Of a DNA stretch of 38,346 bases, positions 7,095-15,776 are shown in pieces (the first letter of the stretch is position 1; each line of letters opens with the position of its first letter). Source of the DNA: a virus (lineage: Duplodnaviria > Heunggongvirae > Uroviricota > Caudoviricetes); IMG/VR virus record IMGVR_UViG_3300042892_004166, positions 79,097 through 117,442 of that record. The stretch is one strand, 5' to 3'. Under the pieces are notes generated by a model. The model had not been told where the DNA came from and made no database searches. It saw nothing but the letters and a program-made list of their open reading frames with translations. Position numbers and translations under genes: made by a program.

Positions 7095-7096
7095 TC

Positions 7097-7567
7097 ATGA
7101 AACATATGCAACTATTTAACGAGTTCTTAGGAGAGTCTCAATCCTTTATTTATGAATCCAGTATTGGAGATATTCATATCATGGCTCAAGAGGCAGATTC
7201 TTTCACGGGATTCAGAAAGGCTTTTATGGACGAATATGGCAAACCAAAGTCAGTTAAAGAACTCAAAAGTTTAGAGGCTTGGTTACAAACTATTTGGAAT
7301 GAAAATGAAAGTCTTACAAACGAGGCAAAGTCTGAAGTATATCCAGAAGAGGTTCAAAAGATAATTGATAGTCTTATTGGAATTGGTATGAAAAAATATC
7401 AATTAACTGCAACTACAAATTATGGAGTTTGGTTTATAGAATTACCAATGACCGCAATACATATTGGTAATTTAAAGAAAATTGAAAAAATTATACCAGA
7501 CTTTAACATTGGAATCTGGAATGGTTATTCAGGATTATCAATTAGAACAAATATACAAGTACAATAA
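7097..7567 (+). CDS. putative capsid-targeted protein (leader MKHMQLFNEFLGE|S)
   Basis: Leader; internal IYE|S and NENESLTNE|A linkers. Confidence 0.65.
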   Translation: MKHMQLFNEFLGESQSFIYESSIGDIHIMAQEADSFTGFRKAFMDEYGKPKSVKELKSLEAWLQTIWNENESLTNEAKSEVYPEEVQKIIDSLIGIGMKKYQLTATTNYGVWFIELPMTAIHIGNLKKIEKIIPDFNIGIWNGYSGLSIRTNIQVQ

Positions 7568-7568
7568 T

Positions 7569-7943
7569 ATGAAACACATATCTACATTCGAAGGATTTGT
7601 AAATGAATCAAAAAAAGAGAAAATGAGTGGTGCAACCTACTGGGAAGAAGTTACCATACCAAGTATTGGTTCAAACAATACTGTAAAAGCAAATAATGAT
7701 TCAACTAAAGCGGCACAGGCATTAGTTAGTTTCTGGGAGAAAGGTAAATCACCTGAATCAGCAGGATTCAGTGTTAGAGACATTGCATCTTTGGACCTAT
7801 CAAAAGCTAAAACCGGTGATGTAATCACTTGTAAGTTTATTGATGGTAAAACAGATAAAGATTATTTAATTAGAATGGAAGTTCGAGATACTCTATTAGG
7901 AGTTCCTAACAAAAACATATATACTTGGGTTTCTCGAGTATAA
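7569..7943 (+). CDS. putative capsid-targeted protein (leader MKHISTFEGFVNE|S)
   Basis: Start re-assigned to ATG 7569 (1 nt after the upstream stop), where the family leader begins; the supplied 7482 start overlaps the previous gene. Confidence 0.65.
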   Translation: MKHISTFEGFVNESKKEKMSGATYWEEVTIPSIGSNNTVKANNDSTKAAQALVSFWEKGKSPESAGFSVRDIASLDLSKAKTGDVITCKFIDGKTDKDYLIRMEVRDTLLGVPNKNIYTWVSRV

Positions 7944-7952
7944 TTCATTAGT

Positions 7953-8720
7953 ATGAAAAAAGTAAAATTATTCGAGCAGTACATTACTGAAGGTAAGGAT
8001 GTATTTCCAAATGAAATTGTTGGAAACGACCAAATTCTTTTTAAGAAAGAATGGGAGAAAATGAATGGTGGAAAACTTGCTGCCAAATATAACCAATACT
8101 ACAAAGGTTATGATATTGATGCAGGTGGACGTATATTTAATACAGTCGATCAGTTAGAAAAGTACATTAAGGCTACAGAGCTTTCAAACAATCAATACCA
8201 AAAATATAAATACATGCCGGAAATTCCAATTAAGGAATCTAATAATGGAATTGATAGCGATATTAAAAAACTGGAAACTTTAATCAGAAAACAATTCAAT
8301 GTTGTAGAGTTTAAGGCCCCATCAAAGAGACCCTCAAGTAATGAGGAATATTTAATGGTTAAAGTAAAAGACGATAAATACGGAGGACCTCAATCAGGTT
8401 TAGGTAAATTTATTAAAAGATGGACAGGCGTAGAATCCAGTTTTGTAGACAATTACGGAAATGATAAAGTATATTGGGTTTCATTAGAGAAAATAGAAAA
8501 TGGACCAGGTGTTCATGAATCTACAGTTAACGAATCTACCAATATAAAAGATTTCTTTAAAGACCCAATGAATCTAGCTGATGCTAAAGGTTGGGTAAGA
8601 AATTTGAAACTATCTGATGATGAGATAAAAACTAAGATAAAAGCAGTAATGAAAGATCCGTCTAAATTTAATGATTTAATGGATGCAATGACTGATGAAT
8701 TAAACTTAAAATGGAAATGA
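7953..8720 (+). CDS. putative capsid-targeted multi-domain protein (leader MKKVKLFEQYITE|G)
   Basis: Leader; internal IKE|S and VHESTVNE|S linkers delimit three segments. Confidence 0.65.
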   Translation: MKKVKLFEQYITEGKDVFPNEIVGNDQILFKKEWEKMNGGKLAAKYNQYYKGYDIDAGGRIFNTVDQLEKYIKATELSNNQYQKYKYMPEIPIKESNNGIDSDIKKLETLIRKQFNVVEFKAPSKRPSSNEEYLMVKVKDDKYGGPQSGLGKFIKRWTGVESSFVDNYGNDKVYWVSLEKIENGPGVHESTVNESTNIKDFFKDPMNLADAKGWVRNLKLSDDEIKTKIKAVMKDPSKFNDLMDAMTDELNLKWK

Positions 8721-9082
8721 AACATGTAAAACTATACGAAGAATTTGTTAACGAGGCTAATCTAATAGATACTCTTTTACCAGTTGCTTGGGGACTTACA
8801 TGGTTTTCTCCATGGATTTTTGCAATGTGGTTAGGAACTGACGCAGGACAAGACTTTCAAAACTCAACGTCTTGGAAAGACCAATATAAAAAATGGAAAT
8901 CGGATGCTGCCGTTACTAAAATTGTTTCACGTCTAGAAAGTGATGAGGACATTAAACAATTTTTATTACTACCTCGTACAAAACAAAGAGGACAATGGCA
9001 AAAGTTAATTGCATCTAAATTGACTGACTCTGAAATGACATATCTTAAAAAAATAAACAAAGGACCTTTTTATTCACTATGA
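8717..9082 (+). CDS. putative capsid-targeted protein with hydrophobic segment (leader MKHVKLYEEFVNE|A)
   Basis: ATGA overlap with the upstream stop; leader followed by LLPVAWGLTWFSPWIFAMWLG. Confidence 0.65.
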   Translation: MKHVKLYEEFVNEANLIDTLLPVAWGLTWFSPWIFAMWLGTDAGQDFQNSTSWKDQYKKWKSDAAVTKIVSRLESDEDIKQFLLLPRTKQRGQWQKLIASKLTDSEMTYLKKINKGPFYSL

Positions 9083-9885
9083 AAAAAGTAAAATTATTTG
9101 AACAATATATCGCAGAAGCCACAACTTCTTGGGGTAAAATGATGAAAGGCGTTAGAGCCGGAGATGGTGGACCATGGTCGATTGTAGCCATTGAGTATAA
9201 TAAAGTAGTTGGACAGTCGAACAATATTAAAATTCAAGACTTGATCCCTGCAAAATATGAAGCCCTTAAAAAAGAATTTCCAAGAGCCAAGTTTCATATT
9301 GAAGATGCTGGAGGACAGGTTGTTTGGAATGAATCAGTTACTAATGAAGCCTTAGCAGCAGCCTCCCAAGATAAATTAACAAATCACGACACCTTAACTG
9401 CAAAGGTTAATGCAACACTAATTAGTAATGCTAGAAATGGAGTCCTGAAAAAAATGACAGAACCTGGTGGTAAAACTCATTATTGGAATCCTGAGACAAA
9501 AGAATATGTAGCAAAAACAGTTACTTACAATGGCAAAGGAGAATATCTTTATTCAGATGCCATAGACAAGGATGGTAATCTTACAGAATCATTTATGAAT
9601 GAGGCAAAAGATTCTACTAGAGACGAATTGATGAACCTATTAGAAACTAAATACAAACTTAGAACTGTCCGAACTTCTGAAGAATTCAACGGACAAACTG
9701 AAGGAATTTGGATCGCAGGTGATAATGGAGAAGAACTTGGAGGTAATCCAATTTTTGATTACTATAGCAACTCATCAAAATATGCTAATGGAGTACTAAA
9801 ACAGTTTAGAACAACAGTTGAAAAAACAGGTTGGTGGTTAGAATGGAACGATCCAGGAACTCTAATGATCTGGCCAAAAAATTAA
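9079..9885 (+). CDS. putative capsid-targeted multi-domain protein (leader MKKVKLFEQYIAE|A)
   Basis: Leader ends in IAE|A exactly like T4 IPII/IPIII; internal WNESVTNE|A and LTESFMNE|A linkers. Confidence 0.7.
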   Translation: MKKVKLFEQYIAEATTSWGKMMKGVRAGDGGPWSIVAIEYNKVVGQSNNIKIQDLIPAKYEALKKEFPRAKFHIEDAGGQVVWNESVTNEALAAASQDKLTNHDTLTAKVNATLISNARNGVLKKMTEPGGKTHYWNPETKEYVAKTVTYNGKGEYLYSDAIDKDGNLTESFMNEAKDSTRDELMNLLETKYKLRTVRTSEEFNGQTEGIWIAGDNGEELGGNPIFDYYSNSSKYANGVLKQFRTTVEKTGWWLEWNDPGTLMIWPKN

Positions 9886-9892
9886 TAAAGAT

Positions 9893-10363
9893 ATGAAAAA
9901 AGTAAAATTATTCGAAGAGTTTATTGGCGAAGGTGCTATAAATCTTAATGCTGACCATTTATCGTCTTCAGAATATCAAAAAGCTAAGAAACTTAAAGAT
10001 TTTGATGCTGCTGATTGGAAATGGAATGGAGATACTGAACTTTATGATAAAGTTACAGAATCTGAAACAATTATGCATGAATATGATTTCTTAGGAATGC
10101 AGGCTCAAGCTGCTAACATGACTAGAGAAGAATGGATTGCACACTATGGAACTCCTGAAATTGGCTCTGGAATAGATGAAGCAAAGAAAAGTATTTACAC
10201 AGTATTTTTCGATGATACGAATGGAATGGAATGGGATTGGGAAGTTGAAGCAACATCACCTGAAGAGGCCATTAAATTACTACAAGATTATAAAGCAAAA
10301 GGACCTCACGGCGAGAATCTTCCAAGAGGAGCCCGTAACTTTACTGCAAAGTTATATAAATAA
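9893..10363 (+). CDS. putative capsid-targeted multi-domain protein (leader MKKVKLFEEFIGE|G)
   Basis: Leader; internal VTESETIMHE and IDE|A linkers. Confidence 0.65.
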   Translation: MKKVKLFEEFIGEGAINLNADHLSSSEYQKAKKLKDFDAADWKWNGDTELYDKVTESETIMHEYDFLGMQAQAANMTREEWIAHYGTPEIGSGIDEAKKSIYTVFFDDTNGMEWDWEVEATSPEEAIKLLQDYKAKGPHGENLPRGARNFTAKLYK

Positions 10364-10388
10364 TCCTATAAATACATAGTAAAACCCA

Positions 10389-10438
10389 CATTGGGTCTTT
10401 TTAGTTTGATATATATTATAGACTAAAAAGACCCAATG
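10389..10438 (+). promoter_or_regulatory. 17-bp hairpin sequestering the ATG of the next gene, with the GATATATA promoter motif in its loop
   Basis: CATTGGGTCTTTTTAGT (10389-10405) is the perfect reverse complement of ACTAAAAAGACCCAATG (10422-10438). GATATATA at 10408-10415; ATG at 10436-10438. Confidence 0.75.
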
Positions 10439-10828
10439 CTGTATATGAAGCAAGACCAAAGCCCACAAGAAATGATTCTTGAACTGTATGATTTATTTTC
10501 TTCATTCAAAAGACGAATTGAAGACCCTAATTATATTCAAATAGAGAACACATTAGAAAAATTGATGGAGAATCAAAATGAAATGAAAGAAGAGATTAGA
10601 GGATTGAAAAAACAACTCCTGAATCCCTTTGATGGTGTGATTGTAGAAAATAAAAAGAATTCAGAATTTAGACAAGAACAAGAGGAATGGAAGGTTGAGC
10701 GTGATAAATTAATTGAAGAACATAAATCTCTTGTCAGATGGAAAAATGGAGTTGTTAAAGTACTTATTGCCTTATTAACAGCAAGTGGAGCAATAGTTAC
10801 ATTTCTAATGAGAAAATATTTCGTATAA
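10436..10828 (+). CDS. coiled-coil protein with single C-terminal TM helix (holin/XhlA/BhlA-like topology)
   Basis: Heptad-rich EMKEEIRGLKKQL and ERDKLIEEHKSL; TM VVKVLIALLTASGAIVTFLM followed by RKYFV. Confidence 0.55.
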   Translation: MLYMKQDQSPQEMILELYDLFSSFKRRIEDPNYIQIENTLEKLMENQNEMKEEIRGLKKQLLNPFDGVIVENKKNSEFRQEQEEWKVERDKLIEEHKSLVRWKNGVVKVLIALLTASGAIVTFLMRKYFV

Positions 10829-11338
10829 ATGATACTTGACAGAATATCTCTCAATATTGCCCTAAAATACTTAGACCAAATTCAACAGAATGAAGGTCCA
10901 GTTTTTAACATGCTTTTTTCTATGAGGGAACATCATACCAACATTACTAAAACTGTTAAATTTGAGAACATTGATGTTCTAATAGCATTTATTGAGCGAT
11001 GGGCAAGTCCTTCAGGATTTGAAAATCTGGATTGTAAGTCACTTAATCTTTTTGAATTAAAATCATTTAGTTTTGATAAAAATGATACAGATAAAAATTT
11101 AGTCTATAATTCAGGAGAAGAATTTGTAACAAAAACTTCAAATGTTAATAAAATTTCAATTTTAAACCTAAATAAAGGATATTTAATTGACATGATAGAA
11201 GTTAAAGAACTTTTTGATAGTTTTAAACTTAATGAATATATTTTACTGCAATATAACTATATTGAATGCGGATATATTTCAATCTATTTTCAAGATTCTG
11301 TAGAAAAATTAAAGAAACTATACTATAAATATAAATAA
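10829..11338 (+). CDS. hypothetical protein, 169 aa
   Basis: ORF abutting the upstream stop; no motif recognised. Confidence 0.7.
   Translation: MILDRISLNIALKYLDQIQQNEGPVFNMLFSMREHHTNITKTVKFENIDVLIAFIERWASPSGFENLDCKSLNLFELKSFSFDKNDTDKNLVYNSGEEFVTKTSNVNKISILNLNKGYLIDMIEVKELFDSFKLNEYILLQYNYIECGYISIYFQDSVEKLKKLYYKYK
11324..11337 (+). promoter_or_regulatory. tandem T4-type late promoter motif TATAAATA
   Basis: Two overlapping copies (11324-11331, 11330-11337) just before the fibre gene block. Confidence 0.5.
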
Positions 11339-11343
11339 AACGT

Positions 11344-13980
11344 ATGCCACAAGATAATTTACAAAATTCTGAAGAACGAGGACCATTGGGTAAATATAAC
11401 CCTTTATATCCAGGAGAACTTGGAAGAGCCTTATTTCACCCAGAAATGGATTACAACTTGGACTTAATTGGACAAGTTATTCATGGATTCAGAGTAATGG
11501 GAACTAATAATGATGGAACTATCGATATTGATAATGATGTTGAAAAGGTACTTAAATTATATATTGTAACCTCGGGTGATACTGCTTTAATCCTAGCTGG
11601 AGCACTCGTTGGCGACAGGGTATGGGTACCTACTGCAGTTGCTACAACTACAGGAGACCAAGGATTTCAAGGTCGACAAGGAGCTCAAGGTAGACAAGGT
11701 TTCCAAGGTTTTCAAGGTGCTCAAGGTCGACAAGGAACGCAAGGTTTTCAAGGAACACAAGGAGCTTCAGCTGTAGGTACACCTGGAAGCCCTGGAACTC
11801 CTGGAGCCCAAGGTTATCAAGGTTATCAAGGTTTTCAAGGTAGACAAGGACATCAAGGATCTGTAGGATCAGTAGGAAATTATGGTGGAGATAGTTTAAG
11901 ATTTTTAGTAGGAAGTTATAATGGAGTTACTGCGGGATTTGGAGCAATTACATTTAGTAATACAACAACACTTCCTAGCCCAACTCTTACTATTATTGCA
12001 AGCAATACGGATGATGATAATGCAAATGCAACTGCATGGTTTACTTCAATGATTGCACTTGGAGGAAGTTTAAGAATTACCAAACCAGGCAGAACAACTG
12101 AATATTTAGACTATACAATAACTGGTGGAAGCACTGGAACTTATAGTACTATTGAATTATCATACGTTGGAGGAACTGTATCTGCTATTGGAACAACTTG
12201 GCCTGTAGGTACTGAACTTATAGTATCATATGCAAAAACAGGTCCTCGAGGATTTCAAGGATTTCAAGGTGCACAAGGTGTACAAGGATTTCAAGGAACA
12301 CAAGGAGACCAAGGTGAACCAGGATCTTTTGGTGGAGCAACGTTTGAGTTTTATTATGATGATATTACAACTGATCCTACAAATTTGACTGCAGGACATG
12401 TAAGAATCAATGAATTTGGTACAATGATGTATATTTCATATTTAGACTATAACTCAGTGGATATCCAATCATTCTTACAGACAATTGATGACTCATCTTC
12501 TCAAATTAAAGGTACGTTTAAAATAACCTCATATACTGACCCTCTACTTTATGCACTTTTTAATATAACAGGTAACCATACTGAACATAATGACCATTTC
12601 GACGTTCCAATTGCATTTATTTCTAGCCCTGTTGGTGGAACTGCACCTCCAGACCAACGTGCTTATATTACGTTCCAAAGAACAGGAGACATTGGAGATC
12701 GAGGATATCAAGGATATCAAGGTGCTCAAGGAATACAAGGAGCCCAAGGTTTCCAAGGTGATCAAGGATTCCAAGGAGCCCAAGGTTTTCAGGGAATACA
12801 AGGAAGTTTTGGAAATTATGGAGGAGATAGTTTAAGGTTTGTTGTTAATTTTTATGGTACTTTTCAATCTCCACCGCCCGGGGGTATTGGATTTAATGGC
12901 ACTACATTTGCAACTACAACAACTATCTTTACTAGTAATTTTGATGCTGATGGTGCAAGTTCCACTAGCTGGGTAACTGCATTGGGTACTAGTACGAACC
13001 CAATTAAAGGTAATTTACGAATTAGCCGTTTAGGAAGAACCTCCGATTACGCAGATTATCAAATACTTTCTACTAGCGTAAGTAATATGGGTTACATAAC
13101 TGTTAGTTATATAGGAGGTATTGGTACCATGGTACCAGGAACAGGAGCAATGGTTACATTTAGTAGAGCCGGTGATCGAGGTGATCGAGGTTTCCAAGGA
13201 TTCCAAGGTGCCCAAGGAACTGGTGCTCAAGGATTCCAAGGTGCTCAAGGAACTGGTGCTCAAGGATTCCAAGGTGCTCAAGGAACTGGTGCTCAAGGTT
13301 TCCAAGGTGCTCAAGGATTCCAAGGTGCTCAAGGCTTCCAAGGTGCTCAAGGAACTGGTGCTCAAGGTTTCCAAGGTGCTCAAGGAACTGGTGCTCAAGG
13401 ATTCCAAGGTGCTCAAGGTTTCCAAGGTGCTCAAGGCTTCCAAGGTGCTCAAGGCTTCCAAGGTGCCCAAGGAACTGGTGCTCAAGGTTTCCAAGGTGCT
13501 CAAGGATTCCAAGGTGCTCAAGGTTTTCAAGGATATCAAGGCTATCAAGGAACCGGAGGAAATTATGTACCTCCTGCTGCTGCTCCTGCATCATCTGGTG
13601 AAATTGCATATTTTGGAACTGGTGCTCAAGGATTTACGCCAGGATCATTATATTACCTAAATTCATCATTAACATGGACATTAACAAATTCAACATCAAC
13701 TACGCATTCGTTAGGAATGCTTGCTATAGCACTCGGAACAAATCCAGCAGCTGGTATGTTAATAAGAGGATATGCTAGATATAATGCAGCATCATACACT
13801 ACTTCAATATCAGGATCAACCCTATACATGTCTACCAGTGATGGATTATTTACAGCAACAGCCCCAACTGCTTCAGGTAATGTAGTTAGAATTATTGGAC
13901 ATAATATAGATAATACATCAACAATCTATTTTAATCCAGATCAAACTTGGGTTGAACTAATATCATCAATTTTAGAATAA
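11344..13980 (+). CDS. collagen-like virion fibre protein with three globular knobs
   Basis: Four Gly-X-Gln runs alternate with related modules starting GNYGGDSLRF, GSFGGATFEF and GNYGGDSLRF. C-terminal YYL..S.TWTL..LAIALG..MLIRGY..LYMST..G.FT...RIIGH..YFNP domain is typical of phage tail/decoration proteins. Confidence 0.8.
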   Translation: MPQDNLQNSEERGPLGKYNPLYPGELGRALFHPEMDYNLDLIGQVIHGFRVMGTNNDGTIDIDNDVEKVLKLYIVTSGDTALILAGALVGDRVWVPTAVATTTGDQGFQGRQGAQGRQGFQGFQGAQGRQGTQGFQGTQGASAVGTPGSPGTPGAQGYQGYQGFQGRQGHQGSVGSVGNYGGDSLRFLVGSYNGVTAGFGAITFSNTTTLPSPTLTIIASNTDDDNANATAWFTSMIALGGSLRITKPGRTTEYLDYTITGGSTGTYSTIELSYVGGTVSAIGTTWPVGTELIVSYAKTGPRGFQGFQGAQGVQGFQGTQGDQGEPGSFGGATFEFYYDDITTDPTNLTAGHVRINEFGTMMYISYLDYNSVDIQSFLQTIDDSSSQIKGTFKITSYTDPLLYALFNITGNHTEHNDHFDVPIAFISSPVGGTAPPDQRAYITFQRTGDIGDRGYQGYQGAQGIQGAQGFQGDQGFQGAQGFQGIQGSFGNYGGDSLRFVVNFYGTFQSPPPGGIGFNGTTFATTTTIFTSNFDADGASSTSWVTALGTSTNPIKGNLRISRLGRTSDYADYQILSTSVSNMGYITVSYIGGIGTMVPGTGAMVTFSRAGDRGDRGFQGFQGAQGTGAQGFQGAQGTGAQGFQGAQGTGAQGFQGAQGFQGAQGFQGAQGTGAQGFQGAQGTGAQGFQGAQGFQGAQGFQGAQGFQGAQGTGAQGFQGAQGFQGAQGFQGYQGYQGTGGNYVPPAAAPASSGEIAYFGTGAQGFTPGSLYYLNSSLTWTLTNSTSTTHSLGMLAIALGTNPAAGMLIRGYARYNAASYTTSISGSTLYMSTSDGLFTATAPTASGNVVRIIGHNIDNTSTIYFNPDQTWVELISSILE
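13171..13557 (+). repeat. collagen-coding repeat with periodic GTGAQ interruptions
   Basis: (GGA ACT GGT GCT CAA GGN TTC CAA GGT GCT CAA) units mixed with GFQGAQ units. Confidence 0.9.
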
Positions 13981-15038
13981 TGGAATATAATATAACATCA
14001 GCGACAACTAGAGGAAGCATTTTAGTTGAAGATTCAGATTCCTTTGGAGAACAATTTGACCAAAATCAATGGCTATCTAACCGTGATAATGGATATGGTA
14101 ACCTTCCTATTGCTAGAGTTAATCAAGATGTACAAGACTCCATTGGAGCTTCTTGGAACAATTTCACATTCGGCAATTGGCGAGCAGCAATTAGTAGATA
14201 CTTTATGGCATTTTCTACAATGGACAGTGGCTTTACAACTCAAATCACTTCTGCAACATTATGGGTACACTTTGGAGGAGATCTAGCTAATAATATTATG
14301 GTAGTGCAGGCAGATAAACCATCAACTACCACAAATATTTCAGCAGCTGATTTCTTCCAAATATCAGGATACAACACAGGTGGATCAATGAGCGGTAATA
14401 CTACCGATTATATTGCAACTCCAGTAGCTCCAACCGATGGATGGAATGCTATATCTTTAAATGCCAATGCTATTGATGCGTTTAACACACAACCGGATAT
14501 CCGACTTGCACTTGTAGATTATAATTATGATTATTTATATCTATCGCCACCTACTGATTCTATTCTTTACACTGCATTGAACATTTCCGGAACGGCACCA
14601 TACCTTGTAGTAGAAACTGGAACTCCTGGATTAGGACAATATGTATTAAGTATATCACCGGGTGCAACATTCAAGGTTAATTCAGTGCCTCAAGGTAACA
14701 TTAAATTAGTTAATCGACTGGAAGTTCCTGCATTTTATCAATTTTATAGGACTCCCATTGGCGGATCCGACAACGTTTTTGAAACTAACCCAGGCTGCGC
14801 TCCTCCGTATGAAGTCACTGAACCTCTTTTTGCTGCAAAAAGTCTAGCTGCACTTTCTACTGGAGATATCGTATATACTAATTCTCTTTTAACATTTCCT
14901 TATAATGGAGGTGGTCTTTATTTTGGATTAAATCAAACTCAAGCCTATCCTGCGTCTGGAACTTATTGGGACGGTGGCTTATACGAAATATCAACAGAAG
15001 GTGTTATTGGAGACACTAGTGCGAGCTGTGGTTTTTAA
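13980..15038 (+). CDS. putative virion structural protein, 352 aa
   Basis: Translationally coupled to the fibre gene (TAATG); T/S/G/N-rich beta-type composition. Confidence 0.55.
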   Translation: MEYNITSATTRGSILVEDSDSFGEQFDQNQWLSNRDNGYGNLPIARVNQDVQDSIGASWNNFTFGNWRAAISRYFMAFSTMDSGFTTQITSATLWVHFGGDLANNIMVVQADKPSTTTNISAADFFQISGYNTGGSMSGNTTDYIATPVAPTDGWNAISLNANAIDAFNTQPDIRLALVDYNYDYLYLSPPTDSILYTALNISGTAPYLVVETGTPGLGQYVLSISPGATFKVNSVPQGNIKLVNRLEVPAFYQFYRTPIGGSDNVFETNPGCAPPYEVTEPLFAAKSLAALSTGDIVYTNSLLTFPYNGGGLYFGLNQTQAYPASGTYWDGGLYEISTEGVIGDTSASCGF

Positions 15039-15113
15039 AAATATCTTCGTATATAATTTTATAAAATATAGATAAACTTTTTAGAATGGGTTCATATAAT
15101 ATTAAACAAGAAT

Positions 15114-15776
15114 ATGACTCAAAAAACACTTGACCGAATGTCTTTAAGGTTAGCAAATGATATTTTTGCTCAATGGAATTTGGACTATCATTTAGGCAAA
15201 ACCCATTCAACCTTATTTAAACAAGTAAAAGCGAATGGACCCGAATTCGACATTGATGCTACAATTTATTTTGGAAGTGTTAATGGACAACCAATCCTAG
15301 GATTCACATCATTTGATTCAACAGGAGCCGATAGTCGAGACTTTGACAATGATGACAACTCTCAAACGCCATTTATAATTATTGATTTTGGTATCGAAGC
15401 CGCTTGGCTTCCTGAATACTTTAGTGAACTATATTTCCATCTTATTGATGTTGTCCGACATGAAGTAGAACATATAACCCAAGGTGGTGAGAGCATTGGA
15501 AACTACATACCTGGCAAGCCATCTGGTGATGATTCTATGGAACGTGAATTGATACACCAAGGGCTCTTACCTCAATCAACCTACCTCATCCTACCCAAAG
15601 AAATTGATGCAAATCTAGAAGGACTCCGATTAGAATCTCAAGTTCGCGGAGAAATAATGATAAATACCCTAAATAGATACTTAGATACTCAAGGTTTAAG
15701 TCAACCGGAGAGAACACAAGTGGTCGATCTTTGGAGAAAACGTGCTAAAAAAATTGGAGCAATTCCACAATTCTAA
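15114..15776 (+). CDS. HExxH (zincin-like) putative metallopeptidase
   Basis: DVVRHEVEHITQ followed by a downstream EIDA acidic motif that could supply the third Zn ligand. Confidence 0.55.
   Translation: MTQKTLDRMSLRLANDIFAQWNLDYHLGKTHSTLFKQVKANGPEFDIDATIYFGSVNGQPILGFTSFDSTGADSRDFDNDDNSQTPFIIIDFGIEAAWLPEYFSELYFHLIDVVRHEVEHITQGGESIGNYIPGKPSGDDSMERELIHQGLLPQSTYLILPKEIDANLEGLRLESQVRGEIMINTLNRYLDTQGLSQPERTQVVDLWRKRAKKIGAIPQF

Noticed and set aside
7482-7568. Supplied N-terminal extension of the 7482..7943 ORF
   Set aside because: It overlaps the upstream gene; the family leader starts at ATG 7569.
12544-13660. Alternative-frame and antisense ORFs over the first collagen gene
   Set aside because: Same repeat-shadow artefact.
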